DNA of 64,000 nt from Candidatus Kapaibacterium sp. (GTDB lineage: Bacteria; Bacteroidota; Ignavibacteria; Kapaibacteriales; UBA2268). The notes under the pieces were generated by a model. The model ran no database searches. It saw only the letters and a list, made by a program, of their open reading frames with translations, and had not been told where the DNA came from. The stretch is from the NCBI GenBank assembly GCA_026390695.1, contig JAPLFL010000048.1:339-64338 (forward strand), read 5' to 3'. Position numbers and translations under genes: made by a program. Below are positions 1-8,471 of the stretch, in pieces (the first letter of the stretch is position 1; the number at the start of each line of letters is the position of its first letter).

Positions 1-2145
1 TTTTTGAATATAAATATTCTCTCCACCTGCATTGGTTGTAATAACAGTAAAAGTTCTGCCGTTAGCTAAATTTATCACAGCTTTCGGGATTTGCGGCGAA
101 CCAAAACAATAAACGCCATTCGCCGGATTCAAAGGATAAAATCCAATGCTGCTAAATAAATACCAAGCTGACATTTGACCGCAATCTTCATTGCCGGAAT
201 AACCTGATTGGTTATCATTATATTGTTCGTTCATAATTTTTGCACTGTAGAATTGCGCTTTCCATGGCTCACTTGTATAATCATACAAATAGACAATATG
301 ATGACTTGGCTCATTTCCATGTGCGTATTGCCCGATAAATCCGGAAGCATTCCCATTTACGTCTTCCGGCTTTGCATTCAAAGTAAAAAATGTGTCAAGT
401 TTCTTAACAAAATCCTTATCACCACCCATTAAATTGATAAACGAATTAACTTCATGCGGCACATACCAAAGATATTGCCAGGCATTCCCTTCGGTAAACG
501 GAAAGCCGCCGTTTCCGCCATAAGCAAGAGGATTAAAAGGATTAATCCATTTGCCTCTTGCATCTTTAGCCCTAAAGAAATTGATGCTATTATCAAAAAG
601 ATTTTTATAATTTCCAGCACGTTTAGAGAAAAATGTATAATCTTCCTTTTTATCCATTTTTTTTGCCATTTGAGCTACGCACCAATCATCATAAGCAATT
701 TCAAGTGTCAATGATACGGATTGAGTCTGCAATTCCTCTGGGAAATATCCGTATTTATCCAAAATATCAAACGGAGCGTTTTTATGAGAAGTGGTGGAAG
801 ATGCTTTTATTGCCAGATAAGCCAATTCATAATCCACACCCGCAATTCCTTTGCAATAAGCATCGACAATAACCGGAATAGCGTGATTTCCAATCATGCA
901 ATAAGTTTCTGTGCCCCACAAATGCCATATTGGCAAATAACCATAAGTTTGGTAATCGCGTAGCATAGAGTTAATAAAACTGGCAGTTCTCTTTTCTTGC
1001 ACAAGTGTATAAAGAGGATGAGCAGCGCGGTAAGTATCCCAAAGTGAAAATGTAGAATAATGCGTGTTATCTGTTGAATGCTTTTGGCTATCATCAGTGG
1101 CTAAATAATCGCCCGACGCATCTGCAATATTATTGGGTTGAATAAGCAAATGATAAAGTCCTGTATAGAAAATACGTTTCTGGAGGTCGGAGCCTTCAAT
1201 TTCAATACAAGATAGTTCCTTATTCCACTGTTTATTTGTTGCAATTGTTATATTGTCAAAATTAAAATCATTAATCTCGGCGGATAAGTTATTTTTTGCA
1301 CCATCGGCTGAAACCGAAGAAAGCCCAACTTTAACAAGAACTGGTTGATTATTATTTTTATCAAAATTGAGAACTATCTTCAAATCTGCATTATTGGCCA
1401 CCGGTACATTATTAAAAATATATTTACCGGCTTTAAAAACGTATGAATCAAAGGGACGAGAGAATTCCGCTATGAAATATACCTTTCGGAGTTTCGCCCA
1501 GCCTGAAATAATCCTGTATCCTTCAATGGTTTTATTATCGACAACCCGCACCTGAGCGGAAATAATTTTGCAATATCTATACGGACTTGTCCTTATAAGA
1601 GAGTGATCTAAGTCCACAATCAAATGATAAGGCTTTGCATCGGGGAAAGTATATCTTTGTATTCCGCAATGCTGAGTTGCTGTGAGTTCTGCTTTAATAT
1701 TATAATCATCCAACACAACGCTGTAATAACCAGGATAAGCCTTTTCATTTGAATGTTTATATTTTGAACGGAATCCTTTAGTTTTGCCATCATCCGAGCC
1801 GGCGCTCCATTTTAAATTACCACCATAAGGCATAAATAGAAAATCGTATAAATCTGGACAGCCTGTGCCGTTCAAATGAGTGTGGCTAAAGCCAAGAATA
1901 GTTGTGTCATTGTAATCATAGCCGCTGCATGGATCGTCGGGATATTCTCTCGTATCGGGACTGAGTTGCACCAAACCAAATGGGGCACATGCTCCGGGAA
2001 AATTAGAACCGGACAGAGATAATGTATCAAGAGCGCCTGTACCGATAAAAGGATTTACAAATTTTGTGAAATCTACATTTTGTGAAAGCAAATTAGTCCA
2101 AAATGCAAATATAGCAAGGAAAAGGGATGCGAGTTTTTTTTTCAT
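1..2145 (-). CDS. GH92 family alpha-1,2-mannosidase (3' end runs off the window)
   Basis: Absent from the ORF track because there is no stop in the window. Manual translation from ATG 2145 gives MKKKLASLFLAIFAFWTNLLSQNVDFTKFVNPFIGTG...FPGACAPFGLVQLSPDT; the in-frame C-terminal GNEDCGQMSAWY motif lies near 160-195. Signal peptide present. Confidence 0.9.
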   Translation of the reverse strand, partial: MKKKLASLFLAIFAFWTNLLSQNVDFTKFVNPFIGTGALDTLSLSGSNFPGACAPFGLVQLSPDTREYPDDPCSGYDYNDTTILGFSHTHLNGTGCPDLYDFLFMPYGGNLKWSAGSDDGKTKGFRSKYKHSNEKAYPGYYSVVLDDYNIKAELTATQHCGIQRYTFPDAKPYHLIVDLDHSLIRTSPYRYCKIISAQVRVVDNKTIEGYRIISGWAKLRKVYFIAEFSRPFDSYVFKAGKYIFNNVPVANNADLKIVLNFDKNNNQPVLVKVGLSSVSADGAKNNLSAEINDFNFDNITIATNKQWNKELSCIEIEGSDLQKRIFYTGLYHLLIQPNNIADASGDYLATDDSQKHSTDNTHYSTFSLWDTYRAAHPLYTLVQEKRTASFINSMLRDYQTYGYLPIWHLWGTETYCMIGNHAIPVIVDAYCKGIAGVDYELAYLAIKASSTTSHKNAPFDILDKYGYFPEELQTQSVSLTLEIAYDDWCVAQMAKKMDKKEDYTFFSKRAGNYKNLFDNSINFFRAKDARGKWINPFNPLAYGGNGGFPFTEGNAWQYLWYVPHEVNSFINLMGGDKDFVKKLDTFFTLNAKPEDVNGNASGFIGQYAHGNEPSHHIVYLYDYTSEPWKAQFYSAKIMNEQYNDNQSGYSGNEDCGQMSAWYLFSSIGFYPLNPANGVYCFGSPQIPKAVINLANGRTFTVITTNAGGENIYIQK

Positions 2146-2279
2146 AATTTTATTTTTAGAATATGTCTATAAATACCACCTTTTTGCCCGTATCGGATTA
2201 ACGAACACCATGCAAATTACAGAAAAATTTGGAATCCTGAAAGAAAAAGTATTTTCTATGAAGAAGAAAACTCGACATA

Positions 2280-2403
2280 AATAGCTGGCATGAACTTTAT
2301 TCTCCAATTGGCAGATTGTATTCCAGTGAAACCCTGAAATTTTTGCAAAATCTCTTTGCGAGATAGCGGTAGTTTCTCGCTTTTGCTGTTGTTTAATCAA
2401 CAA
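2280..2403 (-). pseudogene. Degenerate XRE/Cro-type helix-turn-helix remnant
   Basis: QKRETTAISQRDFAKISGFHWNTICQLENK resembles an HTH_3 pattern. In-frame stop just upstream, no convincing start, non-homologous tail. Confidence 0.45.
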
Positions 2404-2533
2404 GGACTAAAAGTTGTTTTGATTAAATTCACTAAATAAGGTTTGGGCTGTGGGTGGGGGCACTTTTCTACTAAGGTTGAAGAAAAATAGGAAAAGAAAG
2501 AGCTTGGTAAAGCATAATAAAACTAATCTCAAG

Positions 2534-2589
2534 CCACATAGAACCCTTAAAACTCTGGGGCTTTTTATTTGAGGGCGCAATGCCAAGCG
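2534..2589. repeat. 56-bp direct repeat, copy 1 (similarity extends about 2516-2615)
   Basis: ccacatagaacccttaaaactctggggctttttatttgagggcgcaatgccaagcg; 4 mismatches to copy 3. Confidence 0.95.
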
Positions 2590-2661
2590 TGATGGAAGGG
2601 AGGAAGAAGAAATGAATCACAGCCCTCCAGTCAGGAGTTTTTTCTGACTGGGAAGGAATTT

Positions 2662-2895
2662 TCAAAGGCTATTATCATAAAGACAATCAGGGCAAATATC
2701 CTGACCACCTGCCCATTCAATAGTATTTCCAGAAACACGGACAGAATAAAATTTCTCTAAATCCAACAATTCAGAAAACCAATCACCATTTAAATAAGGG
2801 TGGCAATCAAATTTCCGCTTTTCACCATTAGAAAATTCAATTTCAAGAAAATAATCTGATAATGGTTTTACGTTTTGTGGTTTTATTCTTGTCAT
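2662..2895 (-). CDS. DUF2442 family protein (putative antitoxin partner of DUF4160)
   Basis: VKPLSDYFLEIEFSNGEKRKFD...TIEWAGGQDICPDCLY is typical of DUF2442; lies 2 bp downstream of the DUF4160 gene. Confidence 0.85.
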   Translation of the reverse strand: MTRIKPQNVKPLSDYFLEIEFSNGEKRKFDCHPYLNGDWFSELLDLEKFYSVRVSGNTIEWAGGQDICPDCLYDNSL

Positions 2896-2897
2896 TG

Positions 2898-3164
2898 CTA
2901 TCTCAATGGGTCAATCTTAAAATATTCTTTACCTTCGGAAAGTAATTTCCAATTCGCTTGCAAGTCTTCATTATGAATTTCAATCCAGGCTATCACCAAT
3001 TTCATCTTTTTAGCCGGCAGGCTTCCACTTAAAACATCTCCATCCAAAGAAATAACTGCTTCATCGTCCTGATATTCAGCATGTATGTGAGGTAAATTAT
3101 GACGGCTGTTAATTTCCCTGTACATTTTTATTATTATTCCGAAAAAGACACTCAAAATTGGCAT
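2898..3164 (-). CDS. DUF4160 family protein (putative TA toxin component)
   Basis: MPILSVFFGIIIKMY...HNLPHIHAEY...WIEIHNEDLQANW...FKIDPLR. Confidence 0.9.
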   Translation of the reverse strand: MPILSVFFGIIIKMYREINSRHNLPHIHAEYQDDEAVISLDGDVLSGSLPAKKMKLVIAWIEIHNEDLQANWKLLSEGKEYFKIDPLR

Positions 3165-3246
3165 AAATACTCCATTTTTAACAAACCCATTGTATAAACG
3201 ATTATATTTTATCTTTATTTTATTCTTGATTACTTTCTAAAGAATA

Positions 3247-3302
3247 CCACATAGAACCCTTAAAACCATGGGGCTTTTTATTAGGGGACACAATGCCAAG
3301 CG
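3247..3302. repeat. 56-bp direct repeat, copy 2 (similarity extends to about 3328)
   Basis: ccacatagaacccttaaaaccatggggctttttattaggggacacaatgccaagcg; 2 mismatches to copy 3. Confidence 0.95.
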
Positions 3303-3515
3303 AGAAAAAGGGAATGAAGAAGAAATGAGGGAGAAGGGTTGGTAGGAAGATGGAATTTGGCTCTGGATGGAGGAGAGGGAGAAATAAAAAAGCCAATTAG
3401 TTAGGAAAAGACTAAATATAAAAAAAATTAAATTTTAATAGAATCAATTAAAATAAAGAATATTGATCAATCGTCATTAGATTTTGGAAATAGTTTTTAA
3501 TTAATTTTATGGTTT

Positions 3516-3776
3516 ATGTTTGAATTTGACGATAATAAAAGTAGAGCTAATGCTGAAAAGCACGGTATCAATTTCATAGAAGCACAAAAAATGTGGGAAG
3601 ACCCCTATTTGCTTGAAATAGCTGCGAGAACAGAAGATGAACCGCGTAATCTGATAATTGGAAAAATCGGCAAAGTTTATTGGTCTGCAATTGTAACATA
3701 TCGAAATTCAAATATAAGAATAATTTCTGTTCGACATTCACGAAAAGAGGAGATAAATATTTATGAAAGCTACTGA
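3516..3776 (+). CDS. brnT: BrnT family toxin
   Basis: FEFDDNKSRANAEKHGINF...EPRNLIIG...IRIISVR. Confidence 0.9.
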   Translation: MFEFDDNKSRANAEKHGINFIEAQKMWEDPYLLEIAARTEDEPRNLIIGKIGKVYWSAIVTYRNSNIRIISVRHSRKEEINIYESY

Positions 3777-3987
3777 ATTTGATAATAAATTTGATTCTGG
3801 TGAGGATATTACCGGATTGCTTGATTTAAGTAAAGCAAAAAGAATCAATTTAACTCCCAAACGTATTAATCTCAATATGCCTCAATGGATGATTGATGAA
3901 TTAAACAAAGAAGCATTGAAATTAGGAGTATCCCGTCAATCTGTAATTAATATTTGGTTAGCAGAAAGATTGCAAGCAACTGCTTGA
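3763..3987 (+). CDS. brnA: BrnA/CopG-like ribbon-helix-helix antitoxin
   Basis: MKATEFDNKFDSGEDI...KRINLNMPQWMIDELNKEA..LGVSRQSVINIWLAERL; overlaps the brnT stop. Confidence 0.85.
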   Translation: MKATEFDNKFDSGEDITGLLDLSKAKRINLTPKRINLNMPQWMIDELNKEALKLGVSRQSVINIWLAERLQATA

Positions 3988-4105
3988 TTTAATGCAGAAT
4001 GATTACTGAATGCAGAATGTAAAATTAATAATGCAAAATGATTGGATATTTGCTTCCTTCAGTCAGAATTTCTTTCTGACTATTGGGAATAAAACTAATC
4101 TTTGA

Positions 4106-4161
4106 CCACATAGAACCCTTAAAACCCTGGGGCTTTTTATTAGGGGACGCAATGCCAAGCG
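4106..4161. repeat. 56-bp direct repeat, copy 3 (similarity extends about 4088-4180)
   Basis: ccacatagaacccttaaaaccctggggctttttattaggggacgcaatgccaagcg; its purine-rich tail abuts the stop codon of the Type IIG gene at 4181. Confidence 0.95.
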
Positions 4162-4180
4162 TGAGAAAGAGAAGAAGAAT

Positions 4181-7100
4181 CTATTCTCCTTCAACAATCT
4201 TTATTTCTTCATCAGTTAAATCATAGAGTTTATAAACTAATCGGTCGATTTGCTTATCGAGGGAATCGCAAATATTCTGATAAAGTATTTTATCACTTTC
4301 ATTTTTAGAAGCATACAAATATTTTTGATTTTCGAGTATTTGTTCAACAAGTCCGACTAATTTATCGTGCATTTGCTTTTCAGTGCGAATGGAGAAGTCT
4401 ATCGGTATCACAGGAATTTGATGTAATTCATAACCTGAAATAGTAGGCGTTTTAAATTTTGCACTATACCAAAAATTAATCAATTTTGAATTAATCAAAG
4501 CTAAAAAATATTTCAAGGAATGACTTTTTAAATTAGTTTTATTTGAGAAATAGGCAGTATCCAAAACGAAATATTTATCATAATCAATATAGGCAATGAG
4601 GCGCCTTCCGCTCCTACCTTGCAAAATGATTTTGGCATCAACAAAAAATACATCTTTGGTATGAGGCAAGCACCCAACTTTTTCTTTCATTAAATCAGGT
4701 CTATACAATAACCATAAATTATCATATTCTATACAATACCTCTGAATATTCTTTCCTCTTAATAATTTATAGCAGTTATTGTTTTCTTTTTTACTAAGTA
4801 TAAACCTTGAATCATTTGAAGTTTTAACACCTCTTGAAAAATGGATATAATCTTCAATAGGCTTATTCATATCAAGTTTATTCAATAATTCAAATTCAAT
4901 AATATTTGAATCAACAAATATTCTATATTTCGAATCTTTTGTTATATTTTCAGTAAGAATATCATTACTTTTCACAAAGGAATCTTTTGAATATGAGTAT
5001 ATTTCTAAATTTTTTACAAGATACTTCTGATAAATAATTATCACAGTTTCAACTTGTGCATCCTTAAATGTGCCATTTGGCATTTTGCATAATTTAGAAA
5101 TTGAACCATTTTGGAAAATTATTTTTCGTAAAATTTGAAAACTATCAATTGCTAACCATGAATTTGAGACCAAAAATCCGAGAATACTGTTTTTATTCGT
5201 TAGTTTTTTTATAATTAATTCTAAAAAATAAGCATATAAATCGACTTTGTTTCTAGTAATTGTATATTTATTTTTCAAATATTCTCTTATATAATCTTGA
5301 AGATTAACAATATTTACATAAGGAGGATTTCCAATCACTATATCAAAGCCACCTGATTTCATTATTTCGGGAAAACCATCTTTTCCACTCCAATCAAATG
5401 TATTTATTTTACGCTTTTCCTTTATGTTGAAAGCATTTGTTTGTTTATCATCATAAAAATCACTCCCTATAAGAGAGTTGCCGCACTTAATATTATCCTT
5501 TAAACTTGGCAGAACTGGCAAATTAAATATAGTATTGTCTTCTTTTATCTCGTCGCGAGTTGAGTCCTCAAGTGCTTTAACCGATAAACTGAAATTTGTT
5601 ACTAAAACAGCCTGTGGGTCAATATCAACCCCAAAAATATTATTTATTAGAATTTCAGATTTTAATTTATGAGATAAATGAATCTGAAAATAATCTGAGT
5701 TTGCATCCTGCATTACTCTGATTCTTTTTTCAGTTTTATTTCTGAATTTTTCAACTTTTTCTTTTTTTGACCACTTCTGTAATTCATTAAAATAATACTT
5801 CTTGTACCAGTCCAACAGCTTCTGGTATGCAACAATCAGAAAACTTCCCGAACCGCAAGCAGGGTCAAGAACTTTAATCTTTGAAACGTCTTCGGGAACT
5901 TTACATTCTTCGAGCTTATTACCAAGTGTATTATCTACAATATATTCCACAATATATCGTGGAGTGTAATAAACTCCACCAGCTTTTTTATCATCATATT
6001 TCGGAATTATCGAGACTGAGCCAGCTTTTTTAACAATCTGCTCTGCAATAAATAATTCATAAACATTTCCTATTATTTCAACAGGCATTGCTGCCAAAGT
6101 ATAAATTGAATTTTCGGGTTTTAATGATTCGAATATGTTCTTTAGAACTTTATTATCAATTAGAGCATCATCTGCGTTAGAATCATAATTAAACATTGAG
6201 CCATTGTAAATATGGTCAAGTCTATTAAATATATCATGACACAATTCAAATAGTTTAATTTCTGTTTTCTTTGATTTATCGATTTGGCTTAAAATATTTG
6301 TTAAATAATCAGTTTCGATATTTCTATCAGCAAGCATTTTTACGAAAATGATTCGGTTTATATATAATAAAGTTCCTTTTGTAAGTTGATAATCATCTGA
6401 ATTTTTATCATTTCGGAACATACTTTTAGCAATTTCGAGCCGCCAATACCTTAAATCTTCAAGGAATTGTTTATCGGGAGTTATTCGATTATCGGCAAGC
6501 TGTTTGGCTGATAAATACCACTTCTCCAGCGAACCATTTACGACATTATTATATTCAAATAATTCCCATATTTCATCGAATTTTGTAATGTATTCTTTGA
6601 AGTTCCAATCTTTGATGACGTGTTTATTAAAGGCTTCTGCTCTGTGTTGAGTAAGCGGTGCAGCATCCTGACAATCGAAGAAACGAAATTCCTCAAAATC
6701 AGTTAAAACTGCCAATCGGACATGATTATTCGGATTATCACATGAACTTAACGTTGAAAAAGCATACTGATAGACCTGTCTGATATATTGTTCATTAGTT
6801 TTCAAATCATAAATCGGCTTTTTTGCTTCAATGAAGAAAACGGATTTCATTGCATTTGTATTTTGGTCAGGAATACGAACAAGATAATCAGGTCGTTTAT
6901 TGCTGTCCTGGCCAGTTTTACCAGTCGGTTGTAAAGTGAATACCTGTTTTTCAGGCTCTAATCCACGATTTGAAACATTCCAATTCAGAAACTGAAAGAG
7001 TGGGCGGATAAAATCATTCTCCACCTGCGCCTCTTTATAGTCCTTTCCTTTGAAATAAGAAATTCCTTTTTCAAAATCCTTGACTAAATCAGATATTTCT

Positions 7101-7201
7101 TTCTTAGCTTCTGCTTTGGTATATGTTTTCAGCAATTGAAATGGATAGAATAAAACTACAAAATTAACTAAATTCTCATAATAATCAAAATACATTATCA
7201 A
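4181..7201 (-). CDS. Type IIG restriction-modification enzyme (REase + N6-adenine MTase + TaqI-like specificity domain)
   Basis: N-terminal RPDY...FIEAKK (PD-(D/E)xK), motif I DPACGSGSFL, motif IV GNPPY, C-terminal TRD ending IDRLVYKLYDLTDEEIKIVE. True start is probably near 7135 (TTG). Confidence 0.9.
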   Translation of the reverse strand: MIMYFDYYENLVNFVVLFYPFQLLKTYTKAEAKKEISDLVKDFEKGISYFKGKDYKEAQVENDFIRPLFQFLNWNVSNRGLEPEKQVFTLQPTGKTGQDSNKRPDYLVRIPDQNTNAMKSVFFIEAKKPIYDLKTNEQYIRQVYQYAFSTLSSCDNPNNHVRLAVLTDFEEFRFFDCQDAAPLTQHRAEAFNKHVIKDWNFKEYITKFDEIWELFEYNNVVNGSLEKWYLSAKQLADNRITPDKQFLEDLRYWRLEIAKSMFRNDKNSDDYQLTKGTLLYINRIIFVKMLADRNIETDYLTNILSQIDKSKKTEIKLFELCHDIFNRLDHIYNGSMFNYDSNADDALIDNKVLKNIFESLKPENSIYTLAAMPVEIIGNVYELFIAEQIVKKAGSVSIIPKYDDKKAGGVYYTPRYIVEYIVDNTLGNKLEECKVPEDVSKIKVLDPACGSGSFLIVAYQKLLDWYKKYYFNELQKWSKKEKVEKFRNKTEKRIRVMQDANSDYFQIHLSHKLKSEILINNIFGVDIDPQAVLVTNFSLSVKALEDSTRDEIKEDNTIFNLPVLPSLKDNIKCGNSLIGSDFYDDKQTNAFNIKEKRKINTFDWSGKDGFPEIMKSGGFDIVIGNPPYVNIVNLQDYIREYLKNKYTITRNKVDLYAYFLELIIKKLTNKNSILGFLVSNSWLAIDSFQILRKIIFQNGSISKLCKMPNGTFKDAQVETVIIIYQKYLVKNLEIYSYSKDSFVKSNDILTENITKDSKYRIFVDSNIIEFELLNKLDMNKPIEDYIHFSRGVKTSNDSRFILSKKENNNCYKLLRGKNIQRYCIEYDNLWLLYRPDLMKEKVGCLPHTKDVFFVDAKIILQGRSGRRLIAYIDYDKYFVLDTAYFSNKTNLKSHSLKYFLALINSKLINFWYSAKFKTPTISGYELHQIPVIPIDFSIRTEKQMHDKLVGLVEQILENQKYLYASKNESDKILYQNICDSLDKQIDRLVYKLYDLTDEEIKIVEGE

Positions 7202-7279
7202 ATTCGGCTCCTACACCGTCCCCGCAGGACCCGCTCCCTCAGCATAAACTATAAATCGTTGCTGGGGGGACTTGTCATT

Positions 7280-7471
7280 TCATTGCGTTGCCGCTTGAAT
7301 AGCTTGTTCAATTTTGACATAATTACCATTTAAATACGAAATAACTTGCAAACCGGATTTCTTCTGCTTTTCTTTCAAGTCACAGTAAATAGCATCTATA
7401 TCGTAATTAAATTTAGCAGCGTGTTTTTCACGAACTTGTCGTATATCTTCAACAATAGCGTCTTCCCACAT
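7280..7471 (-). CDS. Small protein of the family usually found downstream of PIN-domain toxins (putative antitoxin)
   Basis: MWEDAIVEDIRQVREKHAAKFNYDIDAIYCDLK; directly follows the PIN remnant. Confidence 0.7.
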   Translation of the reverse strand: MWEDAIVEDIRQVREKHAAKFNYDIDAIYCDLKEKQKKSGLQVISYLNGNYVKIEQAIQAATQ

Positions 7472-7474
7472 AAT

Positions 7475-7596
7475 TTATTCCTTAATTAGTTCATGCGATT
7501 TATCTTTTGATGACCTGCAATAATCAGGTCTCTACTTGGTTTTGCAGTCAAATAGCTAATTACGCTTGTTTCAATATATTCTTTTTTCTTTTCCAT
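7475..7596 (-). pseudogene. Internally deleted PIN-domain (VapC-like) toxin
   Basis: ATG 7596 gives MEKKKEYIETSVISYLTAKPSRDLIIAGHQKINRMN* (36 aa), a PIN N-terminus. Another frame supplies a C-terminal remnant HELIKE* ending at 7475. Confidence 0.75.
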
Positions 7597-7844
7597 TTTT
7601 CAAATTTAACTAAATTTTCATAAAAATCAAAACCTTGTTTTTTAGAAAAATGAACTAAGCCAACGCTTACTTTTATTTTTCAACCTTAAAATCCTCTATA
7701 TAATTCTCTCGGCTAATTAATCACTTATACAGATTTATTAATATTTATTTAATTTGCAAAGCCTTACTTAACAAATCTTCATCTCCGGTCAGATTTTCAA
7801 TCTTACTGATCTTTTATATAAAGTCCATCAATAAATTAAAATTT

Positions 7845-7933
7845 TGTCAGACGAGGACGTCTGACATACTATGCGGTAGAACAGACCTCCTCGTCTGACA
7901 TACTATGCGGTAGAACAGACGTCCTCGTCTGTT
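7845..7933. repeat. REP-like palindrome cluster with a 34-bp tandem duplication
   Basis: tgtcagacgaggacgtctgaca and gtagaacagacgtcctcgtctgtt hairpins; the unit cgtctgacatactatgcggtagaacagac(c/g)tcct starts at 7858 and 7892. Confidence 0.8.
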
Positions 7934-8049
7934 TAGTTATTATTATTTATAAAATATTATATAATAGTCATAAGCAACTCCAGACTATAAGAAAACTTTT
8001 GACCTCATATTTTCCAAACTATTTCGCACGTCGTTTTTGAAAAGTTTTG

Positions 8050-8100
8050 TTGACAGCAAGATTTTCTTCCCTTATTTTTGTAGGTTAGTTCATTGAAATA
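8050..8100 (+). promoter_or_regulatory. Consensus-like promoter followed by a boxA-like motif
   Basis: TTGACA (8050-8055), 17-bp spacer, TATTTT (8073; also matches TAnnTTTG), then GTTCATTGAAATA (8088-8100). Confidence 0.5.
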
Positions 8101-8471
8101 ATTGAAAATTGCTTGGTCTGAGCTTGTTTCTAAAGCTATCTTATTTTTAGGGATAGATTTAATTTCTGAATTTAGGTAAACAGCAGGAATAAATTATAAA
8201 ATATTAATATTTATGCGTACTTGCATACAATTTTATGCAATTCCACTGGAACGCGGCTTCTGCTCTGTAAAAAGCACTTCATAACTTCACCAGAAATTAG
8301 TATGCAACTTTATCCAACGATATGCAAAGAAGCTGAGATACCGCTTCTGATCTATCTAAAACGTTGCATAATATTTATTCATACCTTATGCAGATTTATA
8401 CAATCAGATGCAAATATATGCAATAGACGATATTTTACTGTTAAAGCCAAATATTTCATTAGGCAAGAGAA

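Noticed and set aside
208..2284. Short ORFs listed over the first 2.2 kb
   Set aside because: Shadows of the GH92 gene on the minus strand.
2471..2665. 64-aa minus-strand ORF
   Set aside because: Runs through repeat copy 1 and the adjacent hairpin; no recognisable protein features.
2534..4161. The 56-bp repeats as a CRISPR array or canonical integron attC sites
   Set aside because: Intervals are about 660-800 bp and contain genes; no RYYYAAC...GTTRRRY ends; no cas or intI gene in the window.
7858..7931. Mini-CRISPR
   Set aside because: The units are identical tandem copies with no unique spacers and have a REP-type structure.
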